From the sequence record SRR20825006_2688: DNA of 37,187 nucleotides; one strand, given 5' to 3'. Position 1 is the stretch's first letter; each line of letters begins with the position of its first letter. Both the position numbers and the translations under genes were made by a program. Below are positions 10,201 through 19,066 of this stretch, piece by piece. Below the pieces are notes generated by a model. The model saw only the letters and a program-made list of their open reading frames with translations, made no database searches and had not been told where the DNA came from.

Positions 10201-10713
10201 CATGCCGAAAGCGACGGTCTCGGCAAAGGCAGCAGCTTCCACATCGAACTGCCGATTGCCTCGCCTCCCGAACCCAATCAAAATGTTTCGCTGGAACTGG
10301 AAAGTGACGGTCAAACTCGCCGAATAGCGGTAATCGATGACAACCGGGGCGCAGTCCTACTGCTCTCGAAACTGTTTGAAAAACTCGGCGCTCACGAAGT
10401 GCACACTGGCAACGATGGCGAAGCGGCACTGAAACTGATTCGCGAAGTGCATCCCGAGATTGTCCTGTTGGACATCGGGTTGCCTGGTTTGAGTGGCTAT
10501 GAAGTCGCCGCTGCGATCCGGCAAGATCCTCAGTTCAATGACATTTTGATGGTGGCGCTGACTGGGTATGGACAGGATCAAGATCGATTGAAAAGCGAGG
10601 CCGCCGGCTTTGACGAGCATCTGGTCAAGCCTCCTTCGATTGATCAAATGCGGTTTGTGCTAGCACACCCAAAGCTCAAACCATCCGGCAAAGGCAACGG
10701 CGGCCAATCCTAA
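7258..10713 (+). CDS. Cytoplasmic hybrid histidine kinase: degenerate REC - 5 PAS/PAC - HisKA - HATPase - REC
   Basis: H-box FLAMLAHELRNPL, N-box ENLLSNATKY, G-boxes DEGIGI and GGLGIGL. C-terminal REC: VIDDN, LLDIGLP, HLVKP. Five PAS units end in DITAR, DITER, DVTER, DTTR and DVNE. No transmembrane segment seen. ATG at 7258. Confidence 0.95.
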   Translation: MMEEDRSAILIAESNDQRRAYLKQVLDRRHDLVTVDGGKSAWQQLTQGRFDAVVAGFDLREVSGVKLLAQTRAHAELRGVPFILVADEASPVDPTTWQQVFEFGRSDILCCPINEHELLARIDSIIRRARVKNESADMLQRQKSRLQMALLASRMVAVEWDISADTVLYSENAIEIFGIKLLSDHATGPTARKLVHPDDIDTVEKTIRNTLQGSREFQTQFRIIRPDNGEIVWIEERGYVATDTSGKPTKLIAVAVDITARRNAEQAIQEREHYLQAIFDTTPECIKVVKSDGTLTQMNAAGLKMIEANPTANVAGNSVYELIAPEFLDCFREFNERVCSGHSGVLEFDIIGLRGSRRHMETHAVPLSLTSGETVQLAVTRDITERKRSEATLRENERRFRALTQATSDIVFRMNADWSEMGMLEGRAFIDSTTEPSRSWLDHYFHPDDQTEVRKVVQNSVEKQSFYELEHRVIRIDGTLGWMHSRAVPILDDAGNVVEWFGAGTDVTERKQSEEFQHRATQTLLTVIEQSPLGIYLVDGDFKIAQVSLGAGPAFQNVQPVIGRDFEEVMHTIWPPEFASEAVRIFRHTLKTGEPYVSPGLTEKRKDLGETESYEWQVNRITLADGSYGVVCYFFDTTRLQQAADALRESEVRFRMLADNMSQLAWTCCDLGECNWYNQRWYEYTGCTFEEMQGWGWRQVHHPDHVDRVVERIQRAATAGEVWEDTFPLKGRDGQYRWFLSRAVPIRDEEGTIVRWFGTNTDVNELRETQQLLHDADRRKDEFLAMLAHELRNPLAPIRSGLDLLAIADDDEHRDVVRVMQEQVTHVVRLVDDLLDVSRIMRGKVELRKERIEFQSTVRKAIDAVRDVIESHGHSLTITLPEETVWLEADPVRIVQVLENLLSNATKYMDGSGAIELSASVKNDSLFIQIKDEGIGIDQEFLPNIFELFAQSDRSLDRSKGGLGIGLTLVKQLLEMHGGNIHAESDGLGKGSSFHIELPIASPPEPNQNVSLELESDGQTRRIAVIDDNRGAVLLLSKLFEKLGAHEVHTGNDGEAALKLIREVHPEIVLLDIGLPGLSGYEVAAAIRQDPQFNDILMVALTGYGQDQDRLKSEAAGFDEHLVKPPSIDQMRFVLAHPKLKPSGKGNGGQS

Positions 10714-10863
10714 CAGGACCACGTCGCGTTGGATGAATATCACCGTGAATTGTTGGCACCTGCATTCGCATGAACCGTTTCGGTGAAAGCTTCCAGCCTG
10801 TGTTCCGCGTAGTCGCAGGCTGGAAGACCATGCCACAGTTCCTCAATGAAAGCCAACCAAACC

Positions 10864-12474
10864 TCACTCCGTTTCAACTGGTTCGTAAAGCGGTAGATGT
10901 CGGTAGTAGACCTCCAGGCAATAGATCGACAGACACGTTGTGTACAACCGCCCTGCGTAGCTTCCCCAAGCATCGCCAGTGGGTGACCAACTCCCACGCT
11001 CTCGACCTTGTTTCTCTTGACGTGCCGGCAGCGTCGCTTTCATCTTTTCGTTCCATTGTTTCCACAATGGTCCACCGTAATGATGCAACGCTTGGGTCGC
11101 GTAGTACCAATAGTAGACATCGGCTTCTTTGGTGTTGATGGGATGGTTCTCTACCAGAGATCCCAAGCTTTGCGCCATTCCCGGCATGTTGCGATGCCGA
11201 CCGAGGTACTGATGGCACAGAACACCTTCGGCGGTCATCGAGGGACTGGCGGCGACGTTTGGCATGTAGGAATAGCCTCCTGAGTAGCCCTGGCTGACTG
11301 AATCGAAGTAGCGTTCAATCTTGGGCCAGATAGAGGGATCCACCTCCAACCCGCCAGCATCGCCGCTCTTCAGGCCCATGACGAACCATCCGCTGACCGA
11401 TGTATCGCTGTCTCGTCGAGGTTGATAGCGCCAACCGCCTTGTGGAGACTGCGACGCGACGGCGAAATCACATGCCGATTGCGCGTAGGGACGAATCCAC
11501 GAATCGCCGGTCATCGCGTACAGTTCGCAAAGCACAATCGTTGCTTGGGCTTGCGAGTACATTCGTTCGTGGCCCATCGTCGATCCCGCCAGAAAGCCTT
11601 GGTCGTCTTGATTGGCCACCAACCATCGTGCCGCTCGCAACAACTCTCTCTGGTACTGACCACCACGGTGTGTGCTTCCAGCGCCCATGAACGCGAGCAT
11701 GGCCATCGCTGTGGCACTGATTTGGTTCTCGCCGCGAGCACCATTGGCATACGGCCCGTGCAAACTCCAACTGCCGTTGCGAAGTTGCTGACGCTTCAAC
11801 CACACCAAGCCCGCTGCAACAGCGTCTTCGGTCGTCTCGTCGCCTCCGTACATCCTCAACAGACGTTCCTTCATCGTCCCGGATCGCCCCTGGAACATCT
11901 TGTTCGACTTGTCCAATTGGCCCGTCGAAACAACCACCGGATCAAATAGACTGGCATCCATCTTTGGCACCAGCGAGAACATCTTCGCTTCCGCGTCGAT
12001 CACGTCGATCGAGACCAACTGCGTGGTGTCAATTCGCTCTTCTTCCATGGAACGTTCGAACGATTCCAGTGGTGCCGCCGCGGCGATGGTGAACTCGGCC
12101 AATTCCATGCTGGAGCTTTCAGACGATTGCCGAAACAGCAATTCGATTTGTCCGACCTTGCTCGTCGAGCGTCCAACCAAAGCCAACACAAGCAGCAAGG
12201 TCAGGTGAACGACCATGCTGACCAACCACGACGGCATCTCCGTCAGCGTTTCACGTCCCAAGATTCGTAACTGGGATATGAGTGCGTGAAAAGATCGAGG
12301 TTCTTCTTCAGAACTCTGATCCTGCTCGGCACCCTGTGGCGATGCCGGTCGAGTTGGCTCGCTCCATCGAGGCGATCGCGATGCACGCTCCCGTGATGGA
12401 GCGGGATTCCGCAACTTCGATATGGCGACAGATGACACGAACATAAAAAGGCCTCCAAGAAAAGAAGGCCTCAA
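10864..12474 (-). CDS. Membrane-anchored prenyltransferase/squalene-oxidase-repeat protein (planctomycete family)
   Basis: TM segment SWLVSMVVHLTLLLVLAL, repeats WLKRQQLRNGSW and QSPQGGWRY, YYWYYATQAL, C-terminal GRLYTTCLSIYCLEVYYRHLP. Start uncertain (alternative ATG at 12444). Confidence 0.85.
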   Translation of the reverse strand: MRPSFLGGLFMFVSSVAISKLRNPAPSRERASRSPRWSEPTRPASPQGAEQDQSSEEEPRSFHALISQLRILGRETLTEMPSWLVSMVVHLTLLLVLALVGRSTSKVGQIELLFRQSSESSSMELAEFTIAAAAPLESFERSMEEERIDTTQLVSIDVIDAEAKMFSLVPKMDASLFDPVVVSTGQLDKSNKMFQGRSGTMKERLLRMYGGDETTEDAVAAGLVWLKRQQLRNGSWSLHGPYANGARGENQISATAMAMLAFMGAGSTHRGGQYQRELLRAARWLVANQDDQGFLAGSTMGHERMYSQAQATIVLCELYAMTGDSWIRPYAQSACDFAVASQSPQGGWRYQPRRDSDTSVSGWFVMGLKSGDAGGLEVDPSIWPKIERYFDSVSQGYSGGYSYMPNVAASPSMTAEGVLCHQYLGRHRNMPGMAQSLGSLVENHPINTKEADVYYWYYATQALHHYGGPLWKQWNEKMKATLPARQEKQGRERGSWSPTGDAWGSYAGRLYTTCLSIYCLEVYYRHLPLYEPVETE

Positions 12475-12565
12475 CCATCCGTGTCACGCGGTCAATTGGT
12501 TCACGCCCCTGTGTACAAGGGCGTTTTCAACAGCGGAATATCACACACGCTTGTCACTGCGATGT

Positions 12566-13015
12566 TCACAGCGTCAAAACCAAAACAAGGAGCGTCCCAA
12601 AAATCGCGATTGGAACCCACACCAGAACCAACGAAATAATGCCGTAGCCGAACAGCAATTTGGAGGGAAAACTGATCGGCAGATTGTTCGCCTGGCGATA
12701 CTCCACGCGGTCCTTCCACGCTAACAAGGCTCCCAACAATCCGCCCACGACTGAGGACAGGACCAGCAGCAATCCAATGGCGATCGGGTCGAAGTCATAT
12801 TGCTTGTCCGCATTTCGAACCATGAATCTCCGAGTCATGCCCCCGATAACCACCGGGGTGACGACCGCGCCGATCAGGACCTTTTTCCAAACACCGGTTT
12901 CAATCAAATCGGCCGCTTGGCCGTCAACGCCCATCCCGGCCGAATACGCCGTTGAAGCCGAGGTCGGAGACGAATTTGGATGCACAGCGGGTTGGTCAAA
13001 TGGGTCGTGGCTCAT
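12566..13015 (-). CDS. Hypothetical membrane protein (about 3 TM segments)
   Basis: 149-aa ATG-initiated ORF with three hydrophobic stretches that fills the intergenic space. Confidence 0.7.
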   Translation of the reverse strand: MSHDPFDQPAVHPNSSPTSASTAYSAGMGVDGQAADLIETGVWKKVLIGAVVTPVVIGGMTRRFMVRNADKQYDFDPIAIGLLLVLSSVVGGLLGALLAWKDRVEYRQANNLPISFPSKLLFGYGIISLVLVWVPIAIFGTLLVLVLTL

Positions 13016-13255
13016 GAAAAAGCTCCAAGGCAGCGGTCAGTTGTCGCCGGCAATTGTACGTATCGCCGCAGCCAATTTTGGCAAGACAGTCATGGAGCCC
13101 TGGTCTTGGAATTCATACTCGGACGTGATCGTCACACATGTTTTCCGTTGCAAAACACGTGTGTCAACGAATCAACGCCCGAGTTCTTCACTACTTTTTC
13201 ATAGGCTCTTTTAACGCGAGCGGATCAAAGCAGCCTGATCATTCGACGCGGTCCA

Positions 13256-14296
13256 TCAGTTCGCTACCGCGGTCTGCTCCGCTATCTCCGGAGCAACTTT
13301 GCTTCGCAGATCATGGACATAGGCCAGCTTGTCTAGCACCGCAGGCGGTAAGCGTTCCGGCAACAAGGGAGCAAGCCCCAAGTCAAAGTTGTATTCGCTG
13401 ACTTCAAGCACAATTTGCAACACCGAATTTACCAATTCTCGATGATCAGCACTGGCGGATAGATCTAGATTGCGACCGGCCAATTCGTTCGAAGTTGTCG
13501 CGATCGCCATAATGTCCAGATAAACATTTACCGTCTCAGCGAAGTCTTCCCAAGGATGCATCGTCGCGTAGGCACTGACGTGGTTGTCGGCCCAATTGGC
13601 CGGTGCTCCCACCTCGTAGTGCTTCTTCATCGCTTCTCCATAATCAACCGAATCGGGATCACCAAAGAGGGCATGGTATTCGTCGGGCGCAACTCGACTG
13701 GCCCAAGCCCAATCAATGTAGTGACCAACCTCGTGCCTCATGTGCCCGATCAGCGTGCGTTGTGGCTCTCCGAGCTTCACTCGCAATCGTTCCCGATGCA
13801 CACTGTCAGCTTCGGCCAAATTGATTGTGATCAAACCATTTTGGTGTCCCGTGATCACCTTCTTCGGCTTGCCCTTTTTGTCCACGGTGTTTTCCAAAAA
13901 CTCAAACAAGAGTGGATGAGTCGACTGTGTATCCGCGACGTAGGGAGGCAATCCCAGATCTTCCAACTGCAACAGCAACCGCCGCTTTGCGGATTCCATT
14001 CTCGCCCAACGCTGAACACTTTCAGAATTGTCGAGTGGCGGAATCACATTGGTGAGCTGACACCAACGACAAAGAGCGTCAGGTTCGGCGTTGTAAGATT
14101 GGCAAACATCGTGTTCTTGGTTGACGCACGAAAAGACCTCGGTCTTGCACGTGTCACATTGGCTCGATTTTTCCTCTTTGGAAAAGCTCGTGAGCGAGTT
14201 ACAAACGTTGCAGCGTCCGAGGGACGCGTCGCACGAGAGACAGCGGTGGTTGTTGAAGAAAATGCGATTGTCGCAACGACAAGTTCCAGTTTTCAT
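13256..14296 (-). CDS. Putative zinc-binding metallopeptidase with N-terminal zinc ribbon (Peptidase_Mx-like)
   Basis: Cys-rich N-terminus (CRCDN, CLSC, CNVC, CDTC), HEVGH (HExxH), GEPQRTLIGH and SAYATMHPWEDFAET. Start overlaps the AI-2E stop (ATGA). Confidence 0.88.
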   Translation of the reverse strand: MKTGTCRCDNRIFFNNHRCLSCDASLGRCNVCNSLTSFSKEEKSSQCDTCKTEVFSCVNQEHDVCQSYNAEPDALCRWCQLTNVIPPLDNSESVQRWARMESAKRRLLLQLEDLGLPPYVADTQSTHPLLFEFLENTVDKKGKPKKVITGHQNGLITINLAEADSVHRERLRVKLGEPQRTLIGHMRHEVGHYIDWAWASRVAPDEYHALFGDPDSVDYGEAMKKHYEVGAPANWADNHVSAYATMHPWEDFAETVNVYLDIMAIATTSNELAGRNLDLSASADHRELVNSVLQIVLEVSEYNFDLGLAPLLPERLPPAVLDKLAYVHDLRSKVAPEIAEQTAVAN

Positions 14297-15531
14297 TGAC
14301 TGACTGATTGTGTGATAGGAGTGTGTGAAGAGGGAATGTTTTCGTGTTGAACATGCTTCTTTGCCGAATCGGCGTTCGAAGCGGAAGCGTCATTCTCGGA
14401 CGCTTCTTTGGGTTTCTCTGGCTCAGGAATCTCCGCACCGAGAATCATCGCCAACGGCCGGAGATCTTCATAACCTTCGCAGGCCATTCGAGCGGCGATC
14501 AAAATGGGAACGCTTAGGAAGACGCCCATGATCCCCCACATCCAGCCCCAAACGACGATCGACAAAAACACCAGGACCGGGCTCATGCTCATCGAGCGTC
14601 CCAAGATGGCCGGCGTGATGAATTGTCCCTCAAGCGATGTCAGAGTCATGAAGGCGAGCGTCACAACAAAGGCGTAATAAGTGGGTTCGAAATTCAACAG
14701 CGCGACAAAGAAAATGATCAGCGCGCCCGCGATGGCTCCGACAATTGGAATGAAGTTGAAAGCAAACGCCATGACTCCCCACATGATGGGCGACGGCATT
14801 CCCAGCATCCACATTACAACAGCAACACAAACACCGAGCCCCGCGTTGATGGCCGAGACCTGAGCGAGGTAACTGCCTAAGCCTTCCTGCACGTTTTCAA
14901 TCACCTCGACCAGTTTTCGACGAGAAGAAAAGTTAGGCAACGAACGCATCACGCTACGCAACAAGTCATCACCCGTTGCGAGCAGAAAGTACAACAATGC
15001 GATGCAAATCGTCAGAAATGAAACCACATTACCGGTTCCGCTCAGATAGGACCAACCGCTCGTCCAGGTCGGTTGTTTGATCTCAACGGGCACCGGCTTC
15101 TCACTCGCGACTTCTCCCGCCGCGACGTCCTCCGTTTCAGCGAGCTCTTCTGTCGCTTGATCGACGTCCTTCAATCGATCGGTGATGAATGACAACTTCT
15201 GCTTCGCTACTGCCAAATGCTGAGGAGCCGCACCGATCGTTTCTTTGGCGGGTTCGAGAACCAAGTAAGTTCCCAAACCGAGTGTCAACAAGATCCCGGC
15301 AATGATTCCGATCGCTCCGACCGGTGAGGGGACACCGATGCGTTTGGCGTGGCGAACGATTGGCCGGAGCGTCAAGTAAAGAACGATGGCCGTTGCGACG
15401 GGGATCACCAACGATCGAGCGTAATACAACGCGTACAACACCAGCATGACAGCGCAGATACGCATGGAGATGAGACCGGCGCGATGATCGACCGACGAAT
15501 CGATCTCATTGTCTTTAGCGGGTGTATTCAC
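14293..15531 (-). CDS. AI-2E family transporter
   Basis: Multiple TM segments with LVIPVATAIVL..LRPIV, FNFIPIVGA, LEGQFITPAILGRSMSMSP and WGWMWGIMGVFLSVP. Confidence 0.92.
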   Translation of the reverse strand: MNTPAKDNEIDSSVDHRAGLISMRICAVMLVLYALYYARSLVIPVATAIVLYLTLRPIVRHAKRIGVPSPVGAIGIIAGILLTLGLGTYLVLEPAKETIGAAPQHLAVAKQKLSFITDRLKDVDQATEELAETEDVAAGEVASEKPVPVEIKQPTWTSGWSYLSGTGNVVSFLTICIALLYFLLATGDDLLRSVMRSLPNFSSRRKLVEVIENVQEGLGSYLAQVSAINAGLGVCVAVVMWMLGMPSPIMWGVMAFAFNFIPIVGAIAGALIIFFVALLNFEPTYYAFVVTLAFMTLTSLEGQFITPAILGRSMSMSPVLVFLSIVVWGWMWGIMGVFLSVPILIAARMACEGYEDLRPLAMILGAEIPEPEKPKEASENDASASNADSAKKHVQHENIPSSHTPITQSVSQ

Positions 15532-15582
15532 CGAACGTCTGCATTTCCAAGGTGGATGTTATGAAACTTTCATCCAATGAAA

Positions 15583-15598
15583 AGCAAAGGCCGTACCG
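15583..15598 (-). promoter_or_regulatory. Candidate sigma-54 (-24/-12) promoter for the AI-2E / peptidase operon
   Basis: Minus strand CGGTACG-GCCT-TTGCT with GG-N10-GC spacing, about 52 nt upstream of the GTG at 15531. Confidence 0.65.
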
Positions 15599-15769
15599 CG
15601 ACGGGTTGGAAACCAAACAATCTGATGAATCAGCTGCCAAGTCACGTCAAGAATGCGAGCTTCGACCCATAGAAAAGATCTCCGATCGGCCTAAGTGGTC
15701 AATCGTCGACCAGAAGCTGACGCAAGATGAATTGCAAGCATTAAGAAGATTTGGAGACCATTACCGAAA

Positions 15770-16672
15770 TCAAGCGTTTCGGTCGGTCACTCGGCGAGGG
15801 CGCTGGCGAAGTTTGATCTGCCCGTAAGCTTCACGAACGAGCGGTTGGCCGTGTTCCCGTTCAAGACGCCGAATTGTGAAGTGAGCTCGGGCAATGTCTT
15901 GGTAATGATCAATGAAGTAACTGTTGATCAAAGCCCCGCCAACCGCACCAATGATTGGAATCGCTTGGGCCGCGACTTTTTCACTGACCACCACGCCAAA
16001 ACGCTTCCCAATCTGCGTCACCAGACGAACCAAAGGCGGTGCCGCAGAATCCCGGATTCCGTGCTGGACGATGTACTGGGACGCATCCTTGATCTGCTTG
16101 GCCATCGCCGCTCGCACTGCGAAGTACCCGATTTCGGTTTCGTCATTGATATCCGACGACTGACCGGGATCCAGTGCGAACACTTCCAAACATGCCAAAC
16201 GTGACTCGACTTCGGACAAGTCCTCGCCTTCGCTGCGAGCGATGTCGGCAACGCTGCGCAGGATCAATACCGTTGAAACCGGCAATTCGGCAGCAACGGT
16301 CGCTCCACCCAAAGCACCGCCGGCGGCACCGCTAAGCCCCGCCAACAACTTGTGCGTCAGCAACTTCGGCTTCCCGCGTGCGGATCCGGTTGCGGAATCT
16401 TTGTCGTCACCAAGCGTCCGCAAGGCAACATCCAGAGCGACATGCAACGACTTTTCAATTGCTTGATGGATCGCCGACTCGACACTGTCCGGCAACATCT
16501 TCAACGACGCTGTCACCGGCGTCCCGATCATCTCGGTCAGACGATCTGCGATGCCATGGTGTTCCAGAACCTTCTTAGCTTGACGAAGCTCTTCCAACGT
16601 TTCCTCAGGAAGGCTTCCGGTGATCAAGTTGTTGCTCAAGGTTGATTCCAGTTGGAGGGAGATGGTGGACAC
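15770..16672 (-). CDS. EcsC family protein
   Basis: HKLLAGLSGAAGG, ELPVSTVLILRSVADIARSEGED, ACLEVFAL and QAIPIIGAVGGALIN..HFTIRRLER. Confidence 0.88.
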   Translation of the reverse strand: MSTISLQLESTLSNNLITGSLPEETLEELRQAKKVLEHHGIADRLTEMIGTPVTASLKMLPDSVESAIHQAIEKSLHVALDVALRTLGDDKDSATGSARGKPKLLTHKLLAGLSGAAGGALGGATVAAELPVSTVLILRSVADIARSEGEDLSEVESRLACLEVFALDPGQSSDINDETEIGYFAVRAAMAKQIKDASQYIVQHGIRDSAAPPLVRLVTQIGKRFGVVVSEKVAAQAIPIIGAVGGALINSYFIDHYQDIARAHFTIRRLEREHGQPLVREAYGQIKLRQRPRRVTDRNA

Positions 16673-16797
16673 TCAAATTCGAGCGTCCTCAGTGCTTGAA
16701 GCCGCCGCAGTATGACAATGAAAACGGCAACGTGTCTGAGCAAGGTTGCCGCCATGCCATCATTGAAAGCGACGAACTGCGAGCACGCCAGCCACCT

Positions 16798-16813
16798 TGC
16801 AAACCTCGCGCCC
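16798..16813 (-). promoter_or_regulatory. Candidate sigma-54 promoter for the EcsC-family gene
   Basis: Minus strand GGGCGCG-AGGT-TTGCA with GG-N10-GC spacing, about 126 nt upstream of 16672. Confidence 0.55.
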
Positions 16814-16821
16814 GTCGAACG

Positions 16822-16837
16822 TTGGCACGATGGTTGC
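16822..16837 (+). promoter_or_regulatory. Candidate sigma-54 promoter for the 93-aa protein / hydrolase genes
   Basis: TTGGCACG-ATGG-TTGC matches the TGGCACG-N4-TTGC consensus, about 140 nt upstream of the ATG at 16978. Confidence 0.72.
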
Positions 16838-16977
16838 GTCCGCACGGTTTATGTCAACTCTGCGTGATCTCGCATGTCGACGCACGAGCGTTGCTTTCCT
16901 GCGGAGAACACGCAGGCAGATTCGAAGTGATGGAATCATTTCCATCGACACCCCCGATCATTTCCTGAGGATAAACC

Positions 16978-17259
16978 ATGGCCAATACAACAACCGACCA
17001 CGAAACCATTCGCAATTGGGTTCACGAACGTGGCGGAGTCCCTGCGACAGTGGAATCGACCGCCGACTCCGACGAGGGCATCGGCATTTTGCGAATTGAT
17101 TTTCCTCACGGAGGTCGCAACGACACCTTGTCGACGATCAGTTGGGACAATTTCTTCAACAAGTTTGAAGAATCGAACCTCGCGTTTTTGCACGAGGACA
17201 AAACCGCCGGCGGCGAGCTCAGTCGGTTCTGCAAGTTCATCGATCGCGACCAAGCGTAA
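16978..17259 (+). CDS. Small conserved hypothetical protein (TTDH..IR.W...GG.PA.V..LRIDF..ISWD.FF.KF type)
   Basis: 93-aa ORF with a GAGG Shine-Dalgarno. The motif pattern resembles a widespread uncharacterised small bacterial/haloarchaeal protein. Confidence 0.82.
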   Translation: MANTTTDHETIRNWVHERGGVPATVESTADSDEGIGILRIDFPHGGRNDTLSTISWDNFFNKFEESNLAFLHEDKTAGGELSRFCKFIDRDQA

Positions 17260-17334
17260 CGTCATCCAACTCGCTTCTCTGGACGCACGCGTAAAGTTTC
17301 CTTGCACCGACCCGCATTCAACCACACTCGTTTC

Positions 17335-18186
17335 ATGGCCATTGCAATCGACGAATCAGCACTCAACACCCCCGACGGACGTCAACTGCACTGTCGCCGT
17401 GCCGGGCCATCATCCGCCGAGCTCACCTTCGTGGTCGTTCACGGGTTGGGTGAACACTCCGGGTGCTACGACGACTTCGTCAATCGCATGCAGGCACTGG
17501 ATCGTGGTGTGGTCATTTATGATCAGCATGGGCACGGCCAAAGTCCTGGTGCCCGCGGCGACGCTCCCAGCTTTGACTTATTGGTCGACGACATCGCAGT
17601 CGCCCTCGAATTCGCCGCGAAGCAATTCCCACGAGCGGAACTCGTGTTGCTGGGACATAGCATGGGCGGAAACTTGGTGTTGAATCACCTGCTTGGCCGC
17701 GATCATGAATATGTGAAGCGAGCGATCGTTACCAATCCGATGATCCTGCCGCCCAATCCTCCCACGCGCCCGCAAGCCTTCGCGGCGTGGTTGACCGGAA
17801 AACTCATCCCACACATTCGCGTTTCCGCGTCAATCGAACCAACGCAATTGACGCAGGACACCGAGGCACTGCGTGAACTCGCGGAGGACGATTTGATGCA
17901 CGAAAAGCTGTCGATTGGAATTGGCAGCCAGCTGGTCAACCATGGCATTTGGTTGACCGACCATGCGAGAGAGCTGAATGTCAAACTGCTGGTGCTGACC
18001 GGTGAGGAAGACGAGCTTTGCGATTCGGAAACCACGGACGAGTTCGTCGCCAGCGCCGGCCGACGCTGCCATCGTGTCTCCTTTGACGGCCTGCGTCATT
18101 CATTGCTGATCGAGGACGAACGCGAACAGGTTTACGACGCGATCGAAACCTGGTTGCTCGACACTGCCTCGCTCAGCATTGAATAG
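17335..18186 (+). CDS. Alpha/beta hydrolase, lysophospholipase/monoacylglycerol-lipase-like
   Basis: VVHGLGEHSGCY, DQHGHGQSPGARG, nucleophile elbow GHSMGG, catalytic Asp (GEEDELC) and His (GLRHSL). Confidence 0.92.
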   Translation: MAIAIDESALNTPDGRQLHCRRAGPSSAELTFVVVHGLGEHSGCYDDFVNRMQALDRGVVIYDQHGHGQSPGARGDAPSFDLLVDDIAVALEFAAKQFPRAELVLLGHSMGGNLVLNHLLGRDHEYVKRAIVTNPMILPPNPPTRPQAFAAWLTGKLIPHIRVSASIEPTQLTQDTEALRELAEDDLMHEKLSIGIGSQLVNHGIWLTDHARELNVKLLVLTGEEDELCDSETTDEFVASAGRRCHRVSFDGLRHSLLIEDEREQVYDAIETWLLDTASLSIE

Positions 18187-18201
18187 ATCGCAATGCCGAA
18201 G

Positions 18202-18555
18202 TCACTTCTTCTTTTTCTTAAGCAGCTTCCACAGCGATCGTCCGCTTTCGCGATCCAACCGCACCAATTCGTGTCGCCGGATGTCAAAGCAGGTGACCGG
18301 ACCACGCGGGCGTTTGGCGTAGACAAACGGCAAGCAAATCACGGTGACCTTGTATGGGGTCCCGGTGGCTGTTGAAAGGAAGCGAGCCCGTACGGGTTCG
18401 TCCGGTGGCAACGAGACGTCCGAGCGGTTCCAAAGAAAGGTTGGGACTTCAAAGATCTCGCTTAGAACGGTGACGAAGTCACCCTTTTGGATGTCTTCCC
18501 CCGCGACTCGTGCAGCGACCTTGGTCGCCGACTGGGTTTCGGATGTGATTCTCAT
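18202..18555 (-). CDS. Hypothetical protein
   Basis: ATG at 18555 (MRITSETQ..VAGEDIQKGDFVTVL..PYKVTVICLPFV). Fills the gap and converges on the hydrolase gene. Confidence 0.7.
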   Translation of the reverse strand: MRITSETQSATKVAARVAGEDIQKGDFVTVLSEIFEVPTFLWNRSDVSLPPDEPVRARFLSTATGTPYKVTVICLPFVYAKRPRGPVTCFDIRRHELVRLDRESGRSLWKLLKKKKK

Positions 18556-18801
18556 TGTTTCGCATTGTGTGAACAGTTGTTTGGGACAAATCGTTCTTGT
18601 CAGGCAAACGAGTGGCAATCACTCGCAACCTGACTTCGTTGCAAAACAGAATGGTAAAACTCGCATCATTTCAACTTTCGCGAAAGGCATAGCATCGGAT
18701 TCCTTGCCCCCATGGACCGAACTCACGACACCAAGGTTCGCGAAAGAATTTTGAATGCCGACACATCGAACGCGTCGACATCAACACCTACATTCGCGTT
18801 T

Positions 18802-18999
18802 CTAGATCTCGACTTCCGCCGCGTCGACCGGCAATTTCCGGCTCATCCAAATCGGTGTGAAGACGAACCATCCGATCGTGCCAAACAACGCGATGGATTT
18901 GACCATCGGAAGGTCGATCGCTCCCGCAAAATACAACGAACACGGAACGACGATCAAGCAAAGCGTGATCAGCGACATCATCTTGGCGAAGTTCTTCAT
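18802..18999 (-). CDS. Small two-TM membrane protein downstream of the permease
   Basis: 65 aa from the ATG at 18999, with two hydrophobic helices (SLITLCLIVVPCSLYF; IALFGTIGWFVFTPIWM). Co-oriented with the permease and 68 nt downstream of it. Confidence 0.75.
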   Translation of the reverse strand: MKNFAKMMSLITLCLIVVPCSLYFAGAIDLPMVKSIALFGTIGWFVFTPIWMSRKLPVDAAEVEI

Positions 19000-19066
19000 G
19001 GCGACGGTGAGGGTATGTTGTAAAAGTGCAGAGATGGATGGAATCGAATTCAAACGTCAACAACCA

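Noticed and set aside
10864-12474. Squalene-hopene cyclase
   Set aside because: Only one repeat-barrel region follows a TM anchor, and no DxDD catalytic motif is visible. It was kept as a generic prenyltransferase-repeat protein.
15522-15827. 101-aa plus-strand ORF between the AI-2E and EcsC genes
   Set aside because: It overlaps both neighbours, covers the candidate sigma-54 promoter and has no recognisable motif.
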